This document shows positions 58,901-64,000 of a stretch of DNA of 64,000 nucleotides, one piece after another. Origin of the DNA: an uncultured Chloroflexia bacterium (GTDB lineage: Bacteria; Chloroflexota; Limnocylindria; Limnocylindrales; CSP1-4); NCBI GenBank assembly GCA_963707215.1, contig CAVPPB010000002.1:1-64000 (forward strand), given 5' to 3'. Position 1 is the stretch's first letter. Every line of letters begins with the position of its first letter. The notes beneath the pieces are model-generated. The model was not told the DNA's origin. It did not search any database and saw nothing but the letters and a program-made list of their open reading frames with translations. Position numbers and translations under genes: made by a program.

Positions 58901-61186
58901 GAGTCCCAGGACGGCGGCTGGACCCTCGTCGGGGACATGCTCGAATTCGGCCCGCAGGATCTCATCGCGGGCGCCAGCTCGTCGGTCCACGTCGTTCGCG
59001 ACACGACCGCCGAGGACTGTGGCCTCGTCGAGAACACCGTCCAGGTCACCGCCGGCAACGAGCCGGTGGCTGCCCAGGGCAACAACAGCGCCAACGACTC
59101 GCTCACCGTCAACTGCCCGGACGTCGTCGTCGAGAAGACGGCTGACACCAGCCCGGTCAGCGCGGGCGAGGCGGCTTCGTTCACCATCGAGGTCTGGAAC
59201 GACGGCCCGGGCATGGCCTATGGCGTCACCCTGACCGACGATCTGCCGACCGGTGTGGCCTGGACGATCGACGCGACCGATCCGGCCGGCCTCGACTGCT
59301 CCATCATCGACGGCACTCTCTCCTGCAACCTGGGCGACCTCGCGCCAGGCCGCGGCGAGAACAGCGTCTTCATCCAGGTGGCTGGCGAGACCGACCTCGA
59401 GGACTGCGGGTCGCTCGACAACCTCGCCGAGGTCTCGGCCACCAACGAGCCACAGGCGGCCCTCGGGAACAACACCGATGACGCCTCGGTCATCGTGAAC
59501 TGCCCCGATCTGGGCATCTCCAAGACGGCTGATGCCCAGGCCGTCAGCGCCGGCGACCCGATCGGGTTCACGGTCATGATCGCCAACAACGGCGAGGGTA
59601 CGGCCTTCGACGTCAGCGTCGACGACACCCTGCCCGCCGGCTTCGCCTGGACCATCGAGTCCCAGGACGGCGGCTGGTCGATCGCCGGTGGCAACCTGAC
59701 CTGGGGCCCGGCCGACCTGGCCGCTGGCGCCACCTCCTCGGTCCACATCGTGGCCGACACGGCCTACGAGGCCTGCGGCCTCGTGCCGAACACGGCCTCC
59801 ATCTACCTCGACGGTGAATTCGTGGCCGACGACTCGGCCGCGGTCACCATCGAGTGCCCGGTCCTCTCGATCGTCAAGACGGCCGATGCCGAGACGGTCA
59901 ACGCCGGCGACGCCATCGGCTTCACCATCACCGTCAGCAACGCCGGCCCCGGCGTCGCCAAGGACGTCGAGTTGAACGACCCGCTGCCCGCGGGCGTCAC
60001 CTGGACGGTCGACGGCGGCGCGGACGCGGCCGACTGCTCGATCACCGACGGCGACCTGACCTGCGACTTCGGCGATCTCGCCGCGGGCGCCAGCGCCGAG
60101 GTCCATGTCGGTGCCACCACCAGCGCCGAGGCCTGCTCCGTCTACGACAACACGGCCACGGCTTCCGCCAGCAACCACCCCGACGTCGACGACGACGCGG
60201 TCATCACCTGCGACCTGTCGATCATCGGCATCACCAAGACGGCCGACGCTGCAAGCGTCCTGGCCGGCGACCCGATCGGCTTCGTCGTGACGGTCACCAA
60301 CACCGGCGCCGGCACCGCGTACGGGGTCAAGGTGAGCGACCCGCTGCCTGCGGGCGTGACCTGGTCCATCGATGCCGCCAATAGCGACGATGGCTGGACC
60401 ATCGCCGACGGCACCCTGAGCTATGGCGGCGCCGAAGGCGTCTCCCTGGCCGCGGGAGCTTCGGTCACGGTCCACGTCACCGCCCCGACCACCCGTGAAG
60501 ACTGTGGCGTCGTGGACAACACGGCCACCGTCACCACGACCAACGACGGGTCGGACTCCGCGAGCGCCTCGCTCACGGTCGTCTGCCCGGTGCTCACCCT
60601 CGACAAGGAGAACGACGCCCCGGTCGAGACGATCGACCTCGGCGACGGCAACGTCATCGAGCTGCCGACCGCCGGCGAGGGCGACACGGTCACCTACACC
60701 CTCGACTACACACTGGTCGACGGGCCGGTCACCGACGGCGTCCTCACCGACGTCCTGCCGGTCGGCGTGGAGTACGTCGACGGCACCGCCCAGGGCAACG
60801 ACGAGTTCAGCTTCGTCAGCTATGACGCGGCGACCCGGACCCTGCTCTGGGAGGCGGCCACGGTCACCCAGAACGGCACCGTGAGCTACGACGTCGTCGT
60901 CCAGGACGGCGCGGCCGAGCTCGCCCAGCCGCTCGTCAACGTGGCCGAGATCAGCTCCAAGCAGACGCCGCCCGACGGCGCGACGTCGAATGTCTTCGTC
61001 AACCCGCCTCCGCAGGTCCTCACCCCGCCGCCGACCGACACGTTCGGAGAGGCTCCGCAGGGCGGCAGCAACGTCGGGTTCGTCCTGATGCTGATCCTGC
61101 TCCTGCTCGCCGGCGCCGCGGTCCTGACGGGGTTCGTGACCCCGGTCCCGGCCCGGATCCGCAACACCCGGGAGGACGGCCGCTAG
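55988..61186 (+). CDS. Giant surface adhesin-like protein with about 10 DUF11 (TIGR01451-type) repeats and TPPPTD plus TM anchor
   Basis: Signal peptide; repeats TxxKTA...AGDxIxFTxxxxNxG...DxLP...NTAxV; C-terminal TM and basic tail. Confidence 0.88.
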   Translation: MSGGLWRYMSARTRRSVVFVWSALFVFSLGLQYLNLASPASVLAVHDEGLFELDGDATNSGSPGDDWDLVYNGTSSADDTFFVNDPVDDQNDDSFTGGSTKDDLPISGWLWKEAKASQAKNDIVNAFAAAYTQGGNTYAYFGLTKWEASGDNFVGFWFLKNAIGKSGAGTPPGSPFSGNHSVGDVLVLANYTNGGAIADFEIFEWVGSGGSVNGTLNLIDLGVPCDLPGADEACGTTNADYETAPWPFQGRNEAAGQFPPGTFFEGGINLTALGLDDACFTGIVAETRSSQSVDATLSDFALGNFNTCQPPTIETQVIDDQGASLGSLGTINVGETVSDRVTVGGPLGLASGTVDFFLCGPAQSVPDCSTGGTAAGSSVLAGGQGVSSPFTADSPSDVGFYCYRAEYTPAQGSKYLAGSHTNQTTECFQVIPAQVTILKTAGSSPVNAGDDISFTLSWGNSGPGTATGVVVTDTLPTTGGLDWTIDGFTGTGSTCSIVDNVLSCNVGTIPGNTAESGTVTVSSATSPDACGIVDNTGEITSLNDGTAQSSAQITVNCPDVTVTKTAETTPVNAGDEIAFAIEVENLGPGVAYGVTLSDTLPGGFTWSEDSDDCEIAAGVLSCDFGDLAAGETRTVTVSASTDAEDCATIPNTATVAATNEPSSATGNNSDNDAIVVNCPDVTVTKTADEGPFSAGDEIGFTVTISNIGAGTAYTAFAADPLPGSGWSIESQDGGWTLVGDMLEFGPQDLIAGASSSVHVVRDTTAEDCGLVENTVQVTAGNEPVAAQGNNSANDSLTVNCPDVTVTKTAETTPVNAGDEIAFAIEVENLGPGVAYGVTLSDTLPGGFTWSEDSDDCEIAAGVLSCDFGDLAAGETRTVTVSASTDAEDCATIPNTATVAATNEPSSATGNNSDNDAIVVNCPDVTVTKTADEGPFSAGDEIGFTVTISNIGAGTAYTAFAADPLPGSGWSIESQDGGWTLVGDMLEFGPQDLIAGASSSVHVVRDTTAEDCGLVENTVQVTAGNEPVAAQGNNSANDSLTVNCPDVVVEKTADTSPVSAGEAASFTIEVWNDGPGMAYGVTLTDDLPTGVAWTIDATDPAGLDCSIIDGTLSCNLGDLAPGRGENSVFIQVAGETDLEDCGSLDNLAEVSATNEPQAALGNNTDDASVIVNCPDLGISKTADAQAVSAGDPIGFTVMIANNGEGTAFDVSVDDTLPAGFAWTIESQDGGWSIAGGNLTWGPADLAAGATSSVHIVADTAYEACGLVPNTASIYLDGEFVADDSAAVTIECPVLSIVKTADAETVNAGDAIGFTITVSNAGPGVAKDVELNDPLPAGVTWTVDGGADAADCSITDGDLTCDFGDLAAGASAEVHVGATTSAEACSVYDNTATASASNHPDVDDDAVITCDLSIIGITKTADAASVLAGDPIGFVVTVTNTGAGTAYGVKVSDPLPAGVTWSIDAANSDDGWTIADGTLSYGGAEGVSLAAGASVTVHVTAPTTREDCGVVDNTATVTTTNDGSDSASASLTVVCPVLTLDKENDAPVETIDLGDGNVIELPTAGEGDTVTYTLDYTLVDGPVTDGVLTDVLPVGVEYVDGTAQGNDEFSFVSYDAATRTLLWEAATVTQNGTVSYDVVVQDGAAELAQPLVNVAEISSKQTPPDGATSNVFVNPPPQVLTPPPTDTFGEAPQGGSNVGFVLMLILLLLAGAAVLTGFVTPVPARIRNTREDGR
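57645..59124 (+). repeat. In-frame 729-bp tandem duplication (243 aa, two domains)
   Basis: Sequence from 57645 recurs at 58374 and its start again at 59103; shadow ORFs 57792 and 58521 are identical and offset by 729. Confidence 0.9.
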
Positions 61187-61205
61187 GCCCGAGCTCCCAC
61201 CAGCA

Positions 61206-61231
61206 GGGCCCGGCGCTCCGTCGCCGGGCCC
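61206..61231 (+). terminator. GC-rich hairpin downstream of the adhesin gene
   Basis: GGGCCCGGCG-CTCCGT-CGCCGGGCCC; no clear U tract. Confidence 0.45.
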
Positions 61232-61612
61232 GGTGAACCCAGGGGTCCCCGAGACCCGGACGGGGCGCGCCGCCCCCGCGGCGTGCCCCGTCCTGAGTCC
61301 GAGCGCACGAGCGCTGTTCCGAGTGCTCGAGACCGGGGTGCGGGTCGTCCGCACCCCGGTCCTCGTACGTCCCGCGGATACGGAAAGGCGGTTCGGTCTG
61401 GTTCGCACTGGTCCAGGGGCGTCCCGAGAGGTAGCATGCTGGTCCGCGGCCATCGTCGCCGGCCGCGGGACCGGGCCGAGCGCGTTCGATCCGGCCACCG
61501 GTCTCGGGGTCGATGCCCATCGTCTCCGAGGGGACTCGTCGGCGTCGCACGACGCCGCGACTGGCCGGGCCTGCCGTGGATCGGCTGGCTTCGGATCCGG
61601 AGGGACCGTCGC

Positions 61613-62491
61613 ATGACACGGGGCACCGTGGACAGGCGGCCCAGCCGAGGGCCTTTCCTCGGCCGCGTCGCGCTGCTCCTCGTTTCGATCGGTCTGCTGA
61701 GCCTGTCGCTGGTCGGTCCGGCAGAAGCGCTGGCCGCATCGGTCGAGCCGGTGACCTCGCTCCAGGACGACCGGCTTGCCGGGAACCCGACCTGCGCCGA
61801 GATCGCCGCGTGGTACGGCGGCGGGCAGAGCTGGTCCGGCGCGAAGATCGACCGGGAGCCCGCGCCCGGCACCTACGAGTTCGGAGCCGGCAGGTCGATC
61901 ACGATCAGCGGCTGGGATCCGACGACCGGCACGCTCGACTGGACCTCGACGTTCGGGGTCGACGCAGTGCTCTTCAAGGCCGGCCAGGGCAACGGCGGAT
62001 TCAACACCCTGTACGTCTACGCGCCGACCGCGGCTTCCGTCGAATCGCTCGGCGACACCGGCCTCAGGTCACTGTCGCCGACCGGCGTCAGCCACGTCGA
62101 CTTCTGCTGGGATACGGGAGCGCCGAGCCCGAGCCCATCGCCCGAGGCCAGCCTCCAGCCGAGCGCCTCCCCCGGAGCGAGCCCGAGCCCATCGCCCGAG
62201 GCCAGCCTCCAGCCGAGCGCCTCCCCCGGAGCGAGCCCGAGCCCATCGCCCGAGGCCAGCAGCGGACCCGTCGGATCACCCGAGGCGCCAGCTTCGCCGA
62301 GCCCGAGCCCGACCGGCGGGGTCCTGCCGGCGGTCGTGTCGCCTGCCGTCACGCCGCCGCCCACGGACGACGTGATCATCATCGGCACGCCGGATCGGTC
62401 GCCCGCCTGGCTTGCCGCCCTTGCCGTCGGGCTGGCCTCCCTCGCCGCCCTTGCGGTCGCGATTCGCCGACGTTCCCGTCAGACCGGATGA
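61613..62491 (+). CDS. Secreted/surface protein, paralogue of 54355-55638
   Basis: [22 protein letters not shown]...[18 protein letters not shown]...VSHVDFCW; SP linker; TPPPTD, TM, RRRSR. Confidence 0.8.
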   Translation: MTRGTVDRRPSRGPFLGRVALLLVSIGLLSLSLVGPAEALAASVEPVTSLQDDRLAGNPTCAEIAAWYGGGQSWSGAKIDREPAPGTYEFGAGRSITISGWDPTTGTLDWTSTFGVDAVLFKAGQGNGGFNTLYVYAPTAASVESLGDTGLRSLSPTGVSHVDFCWDTGAPSPSPSPEASLQPSASPGASPSPSPEASLQPSASPGASPSPSPEASSGPVGSPEAPASPSPSPTGGVLPAVVSPAVTPPPTDDVIIIGTPDRSPAWLAALAVGLASLAALAVAIRRRSRQTG

Positions 62492-62545
62492 GCTGGTCGC
62501 CAGGCGATCCGCTGGCCCCGCGGACCTTGGCGCCGGCCCGGGACG

Positions 62546-63295
62546 CTAGACCGTGATCCGGTCCCCTGGCCAGACGAAGCGGACGTTGCCGTCCCAGCGC
62601 TCGCGGACCGCGGCGATCGTCGCGTCGGGGTCGTAGCCCATCTGAAGGTGGGTCAGGAGGATCCGGCCTGGGTCGGTCCTCGCCGCCAGCTCGCCGATCG
62701 CCCCGCCGTCGAGATGGAGCTCGTCCACCGGCACCGGTCCCGGTCCGAATGACACCTCGGTCAGCAGCGTGTCGCCCGGCCGGACCAGCGGGGCGAGGTC
62801 CATCGCCTGACCGCAGTCGCCCGAGTAGACGAGCCCGGGGCCGTCCGCTCCGTCCACCGTGACACGGAAGGCGTGGCTGTCGGGTGTGTGGGTGACCCGG
62901 ACCGCATCGAGACGGAACGGCCCGATCGACCACTGCCCCACCCGCAGGGGCTCGAGGTCGAGAGAGGCGGCGAAGAAACCGTCGCTCGCGTGGAGCGCGT
63001 CGATTCGCCGATCGAGGTCGACCGGTCCGTGGATCGTGAGTCGACGCGAGGGCTTGAACTCGTAGCAGAGGTAGTGGCGGAGCGACACCAGGTCGATGTG
63101 GTGGTCGGGGTGAAGGTGGCTGATGACCACGCCATCGAGTCGGCTCGGCTCGACCAGCCCGAACAGGGTCGGCAGGATCCCCTGTCCGAAGTCCAGGACG
63201 ATGGAGGCGCCGGCGGCCTGGAGCAGGTAGGCGGAGCCGAGGGCACCCGGGCGGTCCGTGTAGGCGGGACCGGCCCCGATGACGATCAGCTCCAT
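62546..63295 (-). CDS. MBL-fold hydrolase (RNase Z/BN-like)
   Basis: SAYLL, LDFGQG, ISHLHPDHH, VTH, YSGD, LTHL. Confidence 0.88.
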   Translation of the reverse strand: MELIVIGAGPAYTDRPGALGSAYLLQAAGASIVLDFGQGILPTLFGLVEPSRLDGVVISHLHPDHHIDLVSLRHYLCYEFKPSRRLTIHGPVDLDRRIDALHASDGFFAASLDLEPLRVGQWSIGPFRLDAVRVTHTPDSHAFRVTVDGADGPGLVYSGDCGQAMDLAPLVRPGDTLLTEVSFGPGPVPVDELHLDGGAIGELAARTDPGRILLTHLQMGYDPDATIAAVRERWDGNVRFVWPGDRITV

Positions 63296-63380
63296 GCCGG
63301 CGTCGGATCCATGGGCGGCAGACTACCGCAGGTCGGAGGCGTCGGGTGGATGGTCCGGCGCCGACCGGATCGCGTCGCCG

Positions 63381-64000
63381 CTACGGGACGGGGACTTCCG
63401 ACGGCTTGCCCGGGGGTTCCGACGGCTTGCCGGGCGGCTGCGACGGCTTGCCCGGGGGTTCCGACGGCTTGCCGGGCGGCTGCGACGGCTTGCCCGGGGG
63501 TTCCGACGGCTTGCCGGGCGGCTGCGACGGCTTGCCGGGCTCGACCTCGCGGAGCCGGTCGAGGACCTGGCCCGAGCGCTCGATGGCGTTGCGGAGACCC
63601 GGCAGGGCAGCTTGCGGCGCCGCGTCCAGGAGGCCCTCCAGGACGGCCAGGTGGGCCGCCACGCTCGCCTCGATCGCGGCCAGGGACCCAGGGTCGGCCT
63701 CGGCAGCGCCCAGCGCGTCATCGAGCTCGTCGACATAGGCATCCAGGATCGCCACCGCGGCACCCTCGTTGCGGACCACGAGGGCGGCGAGCATCTCGTC
63801 GAACCGGTCGTCGAGCTGGTCCAGCTGGGCCTCGGCGCGCAGCCCGGGATCGGCCGGCACCAGCGCCTCCTCGACCCAGAGTCGAGCGCCGTAGAGCGGG
63901 CCACCCGGCGCCGTCGCGGCGAGGGCGCCGCCAGCGATGACGAGGACGGCGGCGACCCCGAGCAGGGTCGCGGAGATGCGTCGCCGCTGCCCCCACCGGA
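63381..64000 (-). CDS. DUF5667-like membrane-anchored protein, C-terminal part, with PPGKPS(Q/E) repeats
   Basis: TM, then AATAPGGPLYGARLWVEE, helical region, then 21-bp repeats. Confidence 0.6.
   Translation of the reverse strand, partial: RWGQRRRISATLLGVAAVLVIAGGALAATAPGGPLYGARLWVEEALVPADPGLRAEAQLDQLDDRFDEMLAALVVRNEGAAVAILDAYVDELDDALGAAEADPGSLAAIEASVAAHLAVLEGLLDAAPQAALPGLRNAIERSGQVLDRLREVEPGKPSQPPGKPSEPPGKPSQPPGKPSEPPGKPSQPPGKPSEPPGKPSEVPVP
63396..63540 (-). repeat. 21-bp coding tandem repeat (PPGKPSQ/PPGKPSE, about 6-7 copies)
   Basis: CGACGGCTTGCC core repeated every 21 nt with alternating variants. Confidence 0.9.

Noticed and set aside
57314-61498. Very long antisense ORFs (also 16247-18472, 32802-35051, 42650-44413)
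   Set aside because: Shadow ORFs typical of high-GC coding DNA, with no protein motifs
63396-63540. 21-bp repeats as a CRISPR array
   Set aside because: Contiguous in-frame PPGKPS(Q/E) coding repeats without spacers

Overview
Very GC-rich (about 70-75%) bacterial chromosomal window. It is most consistent with a Chloroflexota (Limnocylindria/Ellin6529-like) genome; this is inferred from gene content and Gram-positive-type CGAAC-N4-GTTCG LexA boxes. Many genes, including essential argS, carry single-base frameshifts, so the sequence looks like an unpolished long-read assembly and split ORFs were stitched by homology. Contents in order: (1) 1-15.5 kb, a cell-envelope glycosylation region (DegT aminotransferase, acyltransferase, GT2/GT4/GT87/GT-C enzymes, epimerase, PIG-L deacetylase) with a recombination scar at 2.1-4.0 kb; (2) 16.3-23.6 kb, a minus-strand cassette of MalT/BTAD STAND regulator, an unannotated 25-29 aa hydrophobic peptide ending LAGGASLKGF, a membrane-sensor HD-GYP phosphodiesterase and a DUF5317-MFS fusion. 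This is the best candidate for an undescribed system: peptide (quorum-type) signalling coupled to cyclic dinucleotide turnover, with an agr-like low-GC variable core; (3) dnaB, lexA, rplI, dinB and a LexA-boxed small gene; (4) a dispersed but complete histidine-utilisation/folate one-carbon pathway (cyclodeaminase, folD, fhs, hutH, hutU, formiminotransferase, hutI); (5) an ExeM/NucH nuclease, a candidate anti-Shine-Dalgarno sRNA and argS; (6) three surface proteins sharing a TPPxTD-TM-basic C-terminal sorting-like signal, including a 1.7-kaa DUF11-repeat adhesin with a 729-bp tandem duplication. Leaderless-type -10 boxes directly upstream of start codons are pervasive. No tRNA, rRNA, CRISPR array or transposase was recognised.
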